Shown here piece by piece: positions 32,795 through 42,800 of a DNA stretch of 64,000 nucleotides. This DNA comes from Bryobacteraceae bacterium (GTDB taxonomy: Bacteria; Acidobacteriota; Terriglobia; Bryobacterales; Bryobacteraceae), in contig DASZLO010000103.1 of the NCBI GenBank assembly GCA_035552315.1, forward strand, positions 4,255-68,254, written 5' to 3'. Every line of letters begins with the position of its first letter. The first letter of the stretch is position 1. Both the position numbers and the translations under genes were made by a program. The notes beneath the pieces were generated by a model. It saw only the letters and a program-made list of their open reading frames with translations. It ran no database searches and was not told where the DNA came from.

Positions 32795-34756
32795 TCAGCT
32801 GGCAGCAGCCAGCGCCGCCGATGCCGGCCTGGAAATTCCCAGTCCGGCAAACAGCGGGTCCAATCCGTCCTGATAGCGCCGCCAGCGCTGACGCGAACTG
32901 CCGAACAGGGGCTTCCTGACCTGCACCGAACTGGCTGTTGCGACTCGCCGTTTGCTGGTATGGAAACTCAGGCAACGGTCGTCCCAGGGCAGCCCGCAGT
33001 AGTCGATCATGCGGCGCGCTTCGCCTTCGAGGTCGTCGACAACGTCCTCATAGGAGACGTCGAGAATTGCATCGGGGGCCAGCACGGATCGCCAGTGATT
33101 CATCAGCTCTCTATAACGCCTGTAGTAGCGACCCAGCTCGCCCAGATCGTAGCTGAAATTAACGCCCGAACTGAACAACTTGGAATAACAGGATATACAG
33201 GTGTCGAGCGGATCGCGCATTGTATGGATGATTCTGGCATTGGGCAGGATCGCGCGTATCAGGCCGATATGCAGGAAATTTCCAGGTAACTTATCGGTTA
33301 TCCGCAGTATATCCGCGGATTGTGCGGGTAATCGGCTGATATACGCTGCGCCCAGGCGCCTTATCGTCACATTACTAAGTGTCGGAATACACGCGGGATA
33401 TTTCACCCCTTTGTCATTTGAGCTTAAGACAGTGGCAGCCGCTGCCTCAAGGTCGGTCCGCTCGCCGCCCCCCTGAATTTGCGGATGACTTGCCAGTATC
33501 TGCTCGATCAGGCTGCTGCCGGACCGGGGCATGCCGAGAATAAACACCGGAACCGATGAAGGATCGCCGGCCCCGTGCAGGCCCTCCAGTAACTCGCGGT
33601 CGAAGATACGGGCGATGTCGCGGAAGAGATCGTCGATGCGGGCTTCGTCATAGCGGACCAGGTCACGCTTGAGCCCATTGGCTATGCGGAGATGTTCGAA
33701 TGAGCGCGCGAAATTGCCAGTGTCTTCAAGCGCCTTGGCGAGCGCGAAATGAACATGCAGCGCTGTGACGGGCGGGGTCTTGCTATCGTCCGCCAGAGCT
33801 TCGAGCACCGCCAGATCCGGGTCGCCGGGTACGAATGTTCTGATCTCCGCCCGATTGTAGTGGGCTTGCGCGAAGCCGGGTTGAATGGCAAGGGAGCGGT
33901 CATAGTGCGCCAATGCTTCTTTGAACCGGCCGTGCTCCTTCAAAATATTGCCGGAGTTGTTGTGTGCTTCGGCGTGGCCGGGATGAAGGGCGAGAGCGCG
34001 CTGGTAGTGCGCCAGAGCTTCGTCGGGTTTGCCCGCCGTTTCGAGTGCGGACGCGAGATTGTGGTGAGCGTCGGCGTAGTCCGGCTTGAGGGCGATGGCG
34101 CGGTGGTAGTGAATCACGGCCTCATCGATATTGTTTTGGGCCGCGAGAGCGATGCCAACGTTGTAATGAAATTCGGCACAGTCGGGCTGGATCGATAGCG
34201 CCTTCCCGAAGTGCGATGCGGCGGCGTCGAACTGACCCTGATCGTGCAGAATGCGGCCGAGGTTGTTGTGTGCGCGGGCGCAGAGGGGATCGAGCGCCAG
34301 AGCCCTGCCGTAGTGGGTAATGGCCCATTGCGGGCGTCCCTCCCGGTGGAAGGCGACGGCGATCTCATAGTGATATTCCGGATGATCCGGGCGGAGACCG
34401 GTGGCGCGCCCGATCAGTTCCACTGCGAGGTCGTAACGGCCTCCTCGCGCCGCGATTAGTCCCAGCAACAGAATGCTGGCAGAGTGGGCGGGATCGATGG
34501 TCAGGACATTTCCGATGAGCCGGGCAGCCTCGGCCATGTCGCCTCGCTGATAGCTGCGCATGGCTTCCTCGAAAACATCCTGAGCACTCTTTACTGCGAT
34601 CGGGTGGTCAACTTCGGTCATGGGCGATGCGGGACGAACTTGCATCCTGGATGCCATTTGACGCTCCCGCGATTTCAATGGGATACGAGGCAGGCGGCTG
34701 TCGGGGTTGTGACGAAAAGCCGCGATGGTCAAATCCTTGACAGGCGACCCGGACAT
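32795..34756 (-). CDS. TPR-repeat protein fused to a sulfotransferase domain
   Basis: 653 aa; possible later starts are ATG 34657 and ATG 34621. About 8 TPR units (…AIALKPDYADAHHNLASALETAGKPDEALAHYQRALALHPGHAEAHNN…). PAPS-binding loop GMPRSGSSLIEQIL and a second motif, MRDPLDTCISCYSKLF. Confidence 0.85.
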   Translation of the reverse strand: MSGSPVKDLTIAAFRHNPDSRLPRIPLKSRERQMASRMQVRPASPMTEVDHPIAVKSAQDVFEEAMRSYQRGDMAEAARLIGNVLTIDPAHSASILLLGLIAARGGRYDLAVELIGRATGLRPDHPEYHYEIAVAFHREGRPQWAITHYGRALALDPLCARAHNNLGRILHDQGQFDAAASHFGKALSIQPDCAEFHYNVGIALAAQNNIDEAVIHYHRAIALKPDYADAHHNLASALETAGKPDEALAHYQRALALHPGHAEAHNNSGNILKEHGRFKEALAHYDRSLAIQPGFAQAHYNRAEIRTFVPGDPDLAVLEALADDSKTPPVTALHVHFALAKALEDTGNFARSFEHLRIANGLKRDLVRYDEARIDDLFRDIARIFDRELLEGLHGAGDPSSVPVFILGMPRSGSSLIEQILASHPQIQGGGERTDLEAAAATVLSSNDKGVKYPACIPTLSNVTIRRLGAAYISRLPAQSADILRITDKLPGNFLHIGLIRAILPNARIIHTMRDPLDTCISCYSKLFSSGVNFSYDLGELGRYYRRYRELMNHWRSVLAPDAILDVSYEDVVDDLEGEARRMIDYCGLPWDDRCLSFHTSKRRVATASSVQVRKPLFGSSRQRWRRYQDGLDPLFAGLGISRPASAALAAAS

Positions 34757-34811
34757 GCGGCGGGTATGGCGGGAAGGCTCGCTTACAATTCATCTAAAGG
34801 TATCCAAAAAC

Positions 34812-37376
34812 ATGCGTCGATTGTCATTCCTGCATTTTTGTTTCGCCGCTCTGCTGTCCATTCCGGCCGTTGCACAGCAAGCCGGAGGGCGGGGCGGGGG
34901 AGCCGCTGCCCAACCGGGCGCGCCGATTCCGTCCATCCGGCAACGCACCGAAGGCATGACGAAAATCGACGGTTATTTTCCTCTTTATTGGGACGACCGC
35001 ACCGGCGCTCTGTGGCTGGAGATTCCGCGATTCGACACCGAATTTCTCTATACCACCGGACTTGCGGCCGGACTTGGCTCGAACGATATCGGGCTCGATC
35101 GCGGACAGCAGGGATCGGACCGGATGGTGACGTTTCAACGGGTCGGGCCGCGCGTACTGCTGGTGCAGGGCAACGAGTCGTTCCGGTCGTCGAGCGCGAA
35201 TCCGGCCGAGCGCAGATCGGTTGCCGATTCGTTTGCGAAGTCCGTCCTGTGGGGATTCGCGGTGGGCGCCGAAAGCGACGGACACGTGCTCGTGGATGCG
35301 ACGGATTTCTTCCTGCGCGACGGGGACAACGCAGGCGCGGCGCTGCGTCCCGGGACGTGGCGCGTTGACCGGACACGCAGCGCTTTCTACATGGAGCGCA
35401 CGAAAGCATTTCCGAAGAACACGGAGATCGAAGTGACGCTGACGTTTGCGAACGATGCCGGCGGCCGCGGCGGCGGAGGCGGCGGTCCGGCGCAGGGTCC
35501 GCCCGCTATCGGAACCGCGAGCAGCGGTGGTGGGCGCGGCGGACTCTTTTCCGGAACCGTAGCCAGCGTAACTCCTTCGGCGGACAGCGTGACCCTTCGC
35601 GAACATTTTTCGCTGGTCGAACTTCCCGACGGGAATTACACGCCACGTGAGGACGATCCGCGCGCCGGCTATGGCGGGTTGCAGTATGTAGACTACAGCA
35701 CGCCGATCGGTGAACCGATGGTCAGGCATTTTATCCGGCGGCACCGGCTGGTGAAGAAAGATCCGAGCGCGGCAGTCAGCGATCCGGTTGAGCCGATCCG
35801 CTATTACGTGGATCCGGGGGCGCCCGAAGATATCCGCAAAGCGCTGATCGAGGGAGCGAGCTGGTGGTCGCAGGCCTTTGAAGCCGCCGGTTTCAGCAAC
35901 GCGTTCATCGTGCAGGTGCTGCCCGAGGGCGCCGATCCGATGGACATCCGCTACAACATGATCAACTGGGTCCATCGTTCCACGCGCGGCTGGAGCACGG
36001 GCGCCAGCGTTACGGACCCGCGCACCGGCGAGATTATCAAAGGCACGGTGACACTCGGATCTCTGCGCGACCGGCAGGATTATCTGATCTTTGAAGGTCT
36101 GCTGTCTCCGTACACCACCGGAAACGAGAAGCCCGAGATTCTTTACCAGACGGCACTGGCGCGCGTGCGGCAACTGGCCGCGCATGAGGTCGGCCACACG
36201 CTGGGACTGGGCCACAACTATTACGACAGCACCAAAGGCTGGATCTCCGTTATGGATTATCCGCACCCGCAGGAAGAGCTGCGCGCAGACGGAACCATCG
36301 ACCTCACACACGCGTATCCGGCGCGGATTGGCGACTGGGACAAGGTTGCGATCGACTATGGTTATGGCCAGCTTCCAAAGGGCGATGAAGCGCCCGCGCT
36401 GGCGAAGATTCTCGACGATGCCTGGAGCCGGGACCTGCGGTATCTGTCGAATCAGGATGTGGATGCGCATCCGCGAGTGGACCAGTGGTCGAACGGGGTG
36501 AATCAGGCGGATGAATTGAATCGCCTCATGAAGGTGCGGCGCGCGGCGCTGAGCCGGCTTGGGGAGCACACGATCCGAAACGGGGCTCCGATGGCGACGA
36601 TCGAGGAACCGCTGGTGCCGATTTTCATGTATCACCGGTATACGGTGGAGTCGACCGCATCGATGATTGGCGGAATCGATTACATTTACGCGATGCGCGG
36701 CGACGGACGCACGCCCACCAAATGGGAGAGCGCCGCCGATCAGCGCAAGGCTCTGGATGCGCTGGCAGCCACGCTGAAGCCGTCTGAACTCACTGTGCCG
36801 AAACAGGTGCTCGATTTGATTCCGCCGCGTCCGCCGGGGTATGGACGTCATCGTGAATTGTTCCCGCGCACGACCGGCGACGGATTCGATCCGCTGAGTC
36901 CCGCGACAGTGGCTTCGGACGTGACGATCGGATTTGTGCTGGAACTGGACCGGACCGCGCGAATGGTCGCGCAGCACGCGGTGGAGCCGGCGCTGCCGGG
37001 TCTGGAAGAAGTGATCGACCGCTTGACGAAAGCGACGTTCGATGCGCCGGCGGCGACGCCTTATGAAGCCGAAGTTCGCCGCGCGGAGGAGCGGGTGCTG
37101 GTGGATCGCGTGATGTGGCTGGCGACCGGTTCGCGCAACGGACAGGTTCGAGCAATTGCAACGTTGAAGCTTTCGAAGCTGGCGGCGCGCCTGAAGGCGG
37201 AGTCGCCCGCCGGTGAAGGGGAACAGGCGCAGCACATGCTGCTGTCGGCGGATATCACGCGGTTTTTGAACCGGTCCACGGATCCGCAGAAACCGATCGC
37301 GCCGCCCGATGCGCCTCCGGGGGAGCCGATCGGGGGAGACACGGGAGAGGACTGGCTGGCTCCGCCGCCTATGTAA
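34812..37376 (+). CDS. Exported zinc metalloprotease (DUF5117/DUF4953-type)
   Basis: Track ORF is 34725..37376; start moved to ATG 34812 (signal peptide MRRLSFLHFCFAALLSIPAVAQQ). Zinc motif AAHEVGHTLGLGHNYYDS. Confidence 0.85.
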   Translation: MRRLSFLHFCFAALLSIPAVAQQAGGRGGGAAAQPGAPIPSIRQRTEGMTKIDGYFPLYWDDRTGALWLEIPRFDTEFLYTTGLAAGLGSNDIGLDRGQQGSDRMVTFQRVGPRVLLVQGNESFRSSSANPAERRSVADSFAKSVLWGFAVGAESDGHVLVDATDFFLRDGDNAGAALRPGTWRVDRTRSAFYMERTKAFPKNTEIEVTLTFANDAGGRGGGGGGPAQGPPAIGTASSGGGRGGLFSGTVASVTPSADSVTLREHFSLVELPDGNYTPREDDPRAGYGGLQYVDYSTPIGEPMVRHFIRRHRLVKKDPSAAVSDPVEPIRYYVDPGAPEDIRKALIEGASWWSQAFEAAGFSNAFIVQVLPEGADPMDIRYNMINWVHRSTRGWSTGASVTDPRTGEIIKGTVTLGSLRDRQDYLIFEGLLSPYTTGNEKPEILYQTALARVRQLAAHEVGHTLGLGHNYYDSTKGWISVMDYPHPQEELRADGTIDLTHAYPARIGDWDKVAIDYGYGQLPKGDEAPALAKILDDAWSRDLRYLSNQDVDAHPRVDQWSNGVNQADELNRLMKVRRAALSRLGEHTIRNGAPMATIEEPLVPIFMYHRYTVESTASMIGGIDYIYAMRGDGRTPTKWESAADQRKALDALAATLKPSELTVPKQVLDLIPPRPPGYGRHRELFPRTTGDGFDPLSPATVASDVTIGFVLELDRTARMVAQHAVEPALPGLEEVIDRLTKATFDAPAATPYEAEVRRAEERVLVDRVMWLATGSRNGQVRAIATLKLSKLAARLKAESPAGEGEQAQHMLLSADITRFLNRSTDPQKPIAPPDAPPGEPIGGDTGEDWLAPPPM

Positions 37377-37377
37377 T

Positions 37378-38226
37378 TCACTGCCGTTCGGGCTTGCCGG
37401 GCTGCGGGAACCATGCGGCCTTCATGCCATCGCCAGGGCCGCCGTCGGGTTCGCGATAGACCAGGTTGTTGCCGTCCGCGCCGATAAGCGAGTAGTGACG
37501 CCCGGGAGTTTCCAGTTTTTTCGAAGTGCCTTTTACCGGATCGAGGAGAACCAGGCCGCCGTATGGCATCAGAGTGGCGTCCCATCCGTAAAGATTTCCA
37601 TCGCTGGTGAGAGCGAATTGCATTAGAGCGGAGTTGTCGAGGCGCATCCGGCCGAGGACCGTTCCGCTTTCGTCAAGTTCGATGACTTCCTGCGAGCCTG
37701 GAACGACGGCGATTTTGTTGCCCGCGGCCATCAGAGACGTTGGAGATCCTTCGCTGCCTGAGTTCAGGTACGAACCCACCAGTCTTCCGTCGCGGGTGTA
37801 CCTTCGCAGAATCATATTGCCGGGCTGAGAGCCGGGCTCGCTGCCCAGCACCCAGATCGAATGATCGGCCCCGATGGCAATGTGTGCGGGTACCAATGGC
37901 TTTGTATCGACAAATGCGGTCTGTGTTCCATCGGCTTTGAGTAGCGCTATCCCGCTGCCGACAGCCACCGCGAGAGAGCCATCGGAATCCACCGCGACGT
38001 CAGACACCCGGGTCTGAACCGAAACGGTGAATGCCAATCGGCCATCCGGTCTGTACGCCCGCAGATTCGGTCCGGATGACTCCTCGAAACTGAAGAACCT
38101 TCCGTTGCGGAACTCGCAGACCGGGCCATTCGATATCACCGGGCATTCGGACTGGACCTCGCGGACCGGTGTGTCCGCCGCACGGGTAAACCCGGCAAAT
38201 AGGACGGCGAGAATGAGTATTCCCAA
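37378..38226 (-). CDS. Hypothetical exported beta-rich protein
   Basis: 282 aa. Signal peptide MGILILAVLFAGFTRAADTP. Repetitive Asp/Gly/Ser-rich strands (…DSDGSLAVAVGSGIALLKADGT…). No family recognised. Confidence 0.6.
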   Translation of the reverse strand: MGILILAVLFAGFTRAADTPVREVQSECPVISNGPVCEFRNGRFFSFEESSGPNLRAYRPDGRLAFTVSVQTRVSDVAVDSDGSLAVAVGSGIALLKADGTQTAFVDTKPLVPAHIAIGADHSIWVLGSEPGSQPGNMILRRYTRDGRLVGSYLNSGSEGSPTSLMAAGNKIAVVPGSQEVIELDESGTVLGRMRLDNSALMQFALTSDGNLYGWDATLMPYGGLVLLDPVKGTSKKLETPGRHYSLIGADGNNLVYREPDGGPGDGMKAAWFPQPGKPERQ

Positions 38227-38235
38227 GCGAGAACC

Positions 38236-38793
38236 TCAGTCCGAACCGGTCAACTGCAACCACTTCCCGGCGTAGAAATACTGGACGGAAGATCCCTTTT
38301 CAAGGAAGGCATCGTCGATGCCGTCGTGATCGAGAGGTGGTGGCTTCGGACCGCCGTAGGCCCGATAGTGTTCGTCGATGAAGCCGACGCCTGCGACGGC
38401 GATGCCGCGGGAGAATCCAATCTTTTCGCCACCGAGGCCCTGCAGGTAGTTGATATCTTCGGCCGGATTCAGGGCAGCGGGATTCTTGGCCGAACCGTTC
38501 CAGAACACGAGGATGGACGACGATCCATTGACGGAGCACAGTACGGCCCAGTCTTTCTGTCCATGCCGGACGAATTCGCCGCTGATGACGTTCACCGGCT
38601 TTTTGGAAAAAGCATCCTGCGGAATCGTGCAGCCGCGCTGCTGCAGTTCGTGTACGATTGCGGCGGGCAGCATGGGGAACGCGGACGGCGGCAAACGAAC
38701 GATCTGACGCTCGGCGGCGTGGAAGTCCAGGGTTTGAGCGGCGCAGGCCGCGGCAATACTGGCGGCGAGGAGAGCGGCACGGCCAATGCTCAT
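38236..38793 (-). CDS. Hypothetical exported protein
   Basis: Track ORF is 38236..38892; start moved to ATG 38793 (signal peptide MSIGRAALLAASIAAACAAQT). No family recognised. Confidence 0.55.
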   Translation of the reverse strand: MSIGRAALLAASIAAACAAQTLDFHAAERQIVRLPPSAFPMLPAAIVHELQQRGCTIPQDAFSKKPVNVISGEFVRHGQKDWAVLCSVNGSSSILVFWNGSAKNPAALNPAEDINYLQGLGGEKIGFSRGIAVAGVGFIDEHYRAYGGPKPPPLDHDGIDDAFLEKGSSVQYFYAGKWLQLTGSD

Positions 38794-38879
38794 AAGGCCA
38801 GAATACCGCGCGTGGGGCGTGCCGGACGTCACAAAACTGAAAACAAAATCTGCGGCGGGGCGGTTATCCTGAAATCGCA

Positions 38880-39170
38880 ATGGTGAACTCAAACGTCATG
38901 CGAGCTGTGGGCGAAGCGCTCGAATCGCAAAATCCCGACCCCCGGCGGGATGAGCCCATGGCCGACAGGATTGCCCGCGCGCTGCACATTTCGGGCTCGC
39001 AGGCCGAAGAGTGGCTGGATGCGCTCGACCAGGGCGCAACCCTTGAGGACGCCAATCGCATCGCCGGCATAGAAACCCGCCGCGAAAATGAACCGGTGCT
39101 GATCGCGATCGGCCGGGCCATCGGAAATCTGGCGGGAGCGCTTAAAACGGCGCCGGACAAAATCGCTTAA
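38880..39170 (+). CDS. Small hypothetical protein (96 aa)
   Basis: Balanced acidic/helical composition and G/C-rich third codon positions. The antisense 98-aa ORF (38864..39160) is Ser/Ala/Arg-rich and looks out of frame. Start could also be ATG 38898. Confidence 0.5.
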   Translation: MVNSNVMRAVGEALESQNPDPRRDEPMADRIARALHISGSQAEEWLDALDQGATLEDANRIAGIETRRENEPVLIAIGRAIGNLAGALKTAPDKIA

Positions 39171-39676
39171 TTGAAGCGCAGCAGGAGGCGATTCTCACGC
39201 AGGGTTCGGCTCAAGTCGCGGCACACGATTGTCCACGCCGGGAAAGATTCCGACAGCCTGTCGAACAGAACGCGTTTTTTCATATCGCTGGTATATTGAC
39301 CCGCTCTCTCGTAGAGCGACTGGCCCACTTCGTCGTACCACTTGACGTTGTGTCTGCGGGACATTTGATCGCGAAAAAAGCCGGCGAACAAGAGCACCTG
39401 GGAGCCGCCAAACTCGAGGATGCCGGAATCGTTCAGCTTCGAAGTCTCCAGAACAAAGCTGTCGAACACTTCGGAGAGACTTGCCATCGACGGCATTGAA
39501 GCCGTGTCGGCGCGCGAGGTCTGAGAATAATGCGCGAGGATGCTGGCAACGTAAAACGCTTCGTCATCCCGCAAACGCCGGGTTCCGGCGGTTTCCCGCA
39601 AACTCTCCAGAAAAAATCGGAAGGCGCTGTTGGAGTCCACCGAAACCAGTTCTTCAAAGAGGCTATCCATACCCAA
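39167..39676 (-). CDS. Hypothetical cytoplasmic protein (169 aa)
   Basis: No signal peptide and normal composition. Downstream of the TonB-dependent receptor on the same strand. No family recognised. Confidence 0.6.
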   Translation of the reverse strand: MGMDSLFEELVSVDSNSAFRFFLESLRETAGTRRLRDDEAFYVASILAHYSQTSRADTASMPSMASLSEVFDSFVLETSKLNDSGILEFGGSQVLLFAGFFRDQMSRRHNVKWYDEVGQSLYERAGQYTSDMKKRVLFDRLSESFPAWTIVCRDLSRTLRENRLLLRFN

Positions 39677-39765
39677 CCTTTCGGAAAAGATAAATAACGT
39701 CCCTAAACGTGTCCTGCAATCAATGGCGAAATGTTCGCAAACTACCTCATTACTTTTTACGCTAA

Positions 39766-39807
39766 GGCCGCCCGGCCCGTTCCAGCAATCGGAACGGGGG
39801 GGCGGCC
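39766..39807 (-). terminator. GC-rich two-tier hairpin downstream of the TonB-dependent receptor gene (possible U-tract-less terminator or processing site)
   Basis: Two 8-bp stems: 39766-39773 pairs with 39800-39807, and 39776-39783 pairs with 39791-39798. There is a small internal loop and a 7-nt apical loop. It lies 26 nt past the receptor stop. No U-run follows on the minus strand. Confidence 0.4.
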
Positions 39808-39832
39808 CGAAACCACGATGCCGGTTGCCGAT

Positions 39833-42800
39833 TTAGAAGAAGAACCGTACGCCGAGCTGCAGTTGGCGCGGCAGATTCGACTGATAGGTGATCTTCCCGA
39901 ATGAAGCCGTGCCGAACTGCGTGTTCGGGTTGGCGAAGATCGGCGAGTTGAAAACGTTCAGTGCTTCCACGCGGAACTGGCCGGTCAGCCGCTCTTTGAT
40001 TTTGAAGTTCTTGAGCATGGAGGCGTCCCAGTTCTTCGATCCCGGTCCCAGAAGGTTGATGGAGCGCGAGACGTTGCCGAACGTAAATGCCGGAGCCTGG
40101 GAGAAGGCGGCCGGGTTGATGTAGGAGTTGATCCGCTGTTCCACGCTGCCGGACGTCGCGGGGCTGACCCCGGTGGCGTTTGGACGCTGTTCACCGGTGC
40201 CGATGACGCTGTTCAGATTCTGCTGGTAGATGAACAGCGGGAAGCCGGTCTGATAGACGGCTGTCGCATTCAGCTGCCAGCCACCCACCGCGTAGTCGAG
40301 AAACTTGTTACTGCTCAGATACTGCTTGCCTGTTCCGAACGGCAACTGATAGCTGAAGGTATTGGTGAACCGCAGCGGAGTGTGGGCGGAAGCCAGCGCC
40401 CATTCGGCCGCCAGATTGTAATAGTTCTGCGGCTGAGAGGGAGGCGTGCTGCCGGAGAAGGTATTGAACGCGTTGGAGCCGCCGCTGCCCCATTCGTTGT
40501 CTTCGTTTTTCGACCAGGTGAAGGTGGAGAGGAAAGTCAGGCCTTTCGACAACCGCTTCTGCGCTTTGACGATCATCGAATCGTATTGCGCTTTCGACGG
40601 ATTGGTTACTTCGCCGATGGTGCTGTATTCGGGGAAGGGCAGCAGCAGTTGCGCCTGGGAAACGGTGGCGCTGCCAACCACGCCCGTGCCGCCGTGGCCG
40701 AAGAACGGATTGGCTACCGCGGTGTTCAGCGCGGATCCCATCGAGAGATAGCCGGGAGCCAGCTGGTTGATGTTCATGTTGCCATTGCCGGTGGGCGAGG
40801 GCTGCAGATGATTGGAGCGCGATCCGATGTAAGCGACTTCCAGCGCCACGCCGAAGGGCAGCTCCTGCTGCACGTCGAAGGAGAACTGGTTCACGATGCC
40901 GGCGGTGCGGTTCTGGTTCAGGAAGTTGAAGGTCGAGCCGATGGCGGTCAGCGGCCCAAGCGTATTGCCGACAGGCTGCAGAACGCCGCTGGGAAACGGA
41001 TTGCTAAGCGAGTTGGCAGGCGTCGAGTTGCCGTTGTTGCTGGCCACATAAGTGGTTGCCTGCGTATAGCCGGGAGCGATTGTGGCGTCCGTCGAGAAGA
41101 TGGTCGGCGCGTAGAAGATGCCCCAGCCGCCGCGGATGGTTGTCTTCGGCATGAGCTGGAACGCGAATCCGGCGCGGGGACCGAACTTGGTCTTCGGAAC
41201 GTTGCAACAGGTGGTGGGGTAGTTATTCTGTCCGGCATATTCGATCACGCCGTAGGGCACGACTCCCGTGACGCCGGCCGCGATGGGGTTGACCTGGGTC
41301 TGGTTGAATCCGACGGCGATGGCGTTGTTGTTCTCGCCGAGACCTGTTTCATATTCGTAGCGAATGCCGGCGTTGATGGTCAGTTTGCTGGTGAGACGAA
41401 TATCGTCCTGAACGTAACCGGAATAGTAACGGACGAAATCGTAAAACTTGGTCGTGGTGGTTACCGATCCGGAGGACGGGTATCCCATCAGCAGATCCGC
41501 GAAATCCGCGCCGGTGCCGTTGGTCTGCGACGGGTATTCGCGGGAGAAGACGCCGTTGAAGGCGAAGGTTCCGCCCGCGCCGCTCAGGCTGGTGAAGTCC
41601 GTATGGATCTGGCGGAAATCGAAGCCCATGGAAATACTCTGCTTGCCGATGAATTTGGAAACCGCGGCGGAGAAGTTCTTCGACGAGAAAACGGAATACG
41701 TCGGCGAGGTCGAACTAATCGTGTTGTTGAGCAGCGTGAGCGTCGGGAAATACTGGGCCTGAATGGCGCTGGTAAAGCTCGCGGGCAGACCCAAGCTGGA
41801 TTCCGGGAAGCCGAGACTGATGCCCGCCGTACTGTTTGGAAAACGGTTAAACCCATAGCGCAACACCAGCACGGTGGTGGGGTTGAGAGTCATGGTGCTG
41901 TTGACGGCGGTGGCATCGGCCTTGCGATACAGCAGGTAGGGACCGTTGCCGCTGGCGCCAGGCAACGTGCCGAGCGTGTTGCCGCCCGGTTCACGGCTCT
42001 TATAGTGCAGGTAAGACGCGGAAACCTTCCACCACGCAAAGAGCGTGTGATCCAGTTTGGCCGTGTACTGGTCGGCCCGGTCTTTCAGGGTATCGGTGCC
42101 GGTGTAATTGATGCTGTCCGTCTTGCCGGAACCCGGCGCGGCAGTGGGGAGATAGCCGATGATCGCCCTCCCGACGGGGTTGATCATCGTGGGGGGGATG
42201 ATGTTGCCCGCGAAAGGCATACGAACGGTGGTGACTCCCGAAGGGCAGTTGTCAGCGGCGACGCAGGCGCGGGAGCTCATCGGATCGTAAATGACCGCGG
42301 AACTCTGGGAATAATTTCCGGCGGCTTCGAGCGTGGTCGGCAGCGCATAGGGATCGGCGAGAGGAGAATCCTGCCGGTAGCTTTCGGTCGCGACCCAGAA
42401 GAAGGTTTTGTTCTTGCCGTCGTAGACTTTGGGAATCCAGACGGGCCCGCCGAAGGAACCGCCCCAGTTGTAATACTGGGTTGGCGGCCGCGGCGTACCT
42501 TTGGCGTTATAGAAGAAGTTGTTGGCGACCCAGTCGGTCTGGCGGGTGGAACCGAACAGAGCTCCGTGGAACTGATTCCCGCCCGAATACAGAAGGGTGT
42601 TGAATACGCCGCCGCCGGTTCGTCCCATGGTGGCGTCGTAAACGCCGGCCTGCAGTTTCATTTCCTGCACGGCTTCGATGGAGGGGATGATGATGGCGCG
42701 GTTGGTTGAATCCGTGATCGGCACACCGTCAATCAGATAGTTATTGCCGCGCACCGGTCCGCCGACAACCGAGATCTGCGAGGAGCCGCTCTGGTCCTGC

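Noticed and set aside
32556-32975. Full 139-aa version of the small ORF downstream of the sulfotransferase
   Set aside because: Its first 70 codons overlap the 3' end of the sulfotransferase gene in another frame and are Gly/Ala/Arg/Gln-rich. Only the part from ATG 32765 lies in its own space and has gene-like codon bias.
34824-37235. 803-aa minus-strand ORF covering the metalloprotease gene
   Set aside because: It is Arg-rich with no motifs. The plus strand carries a signal peptide and the HEVGHTLGLGHN zinc site, so this is an antisense artefact. The same applies to 34484..35368 (+) and 34783..35409 (-).
40382-42709. 775-aa plus-strand ORF inside the TonB-dependent receptor gene
   Set aside because: Gly/Arg/Val-rich and featureless. 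The minus strand encodes a full receptor with signal peptide, CarboxypepD_reg-like domain and terminal Phe.
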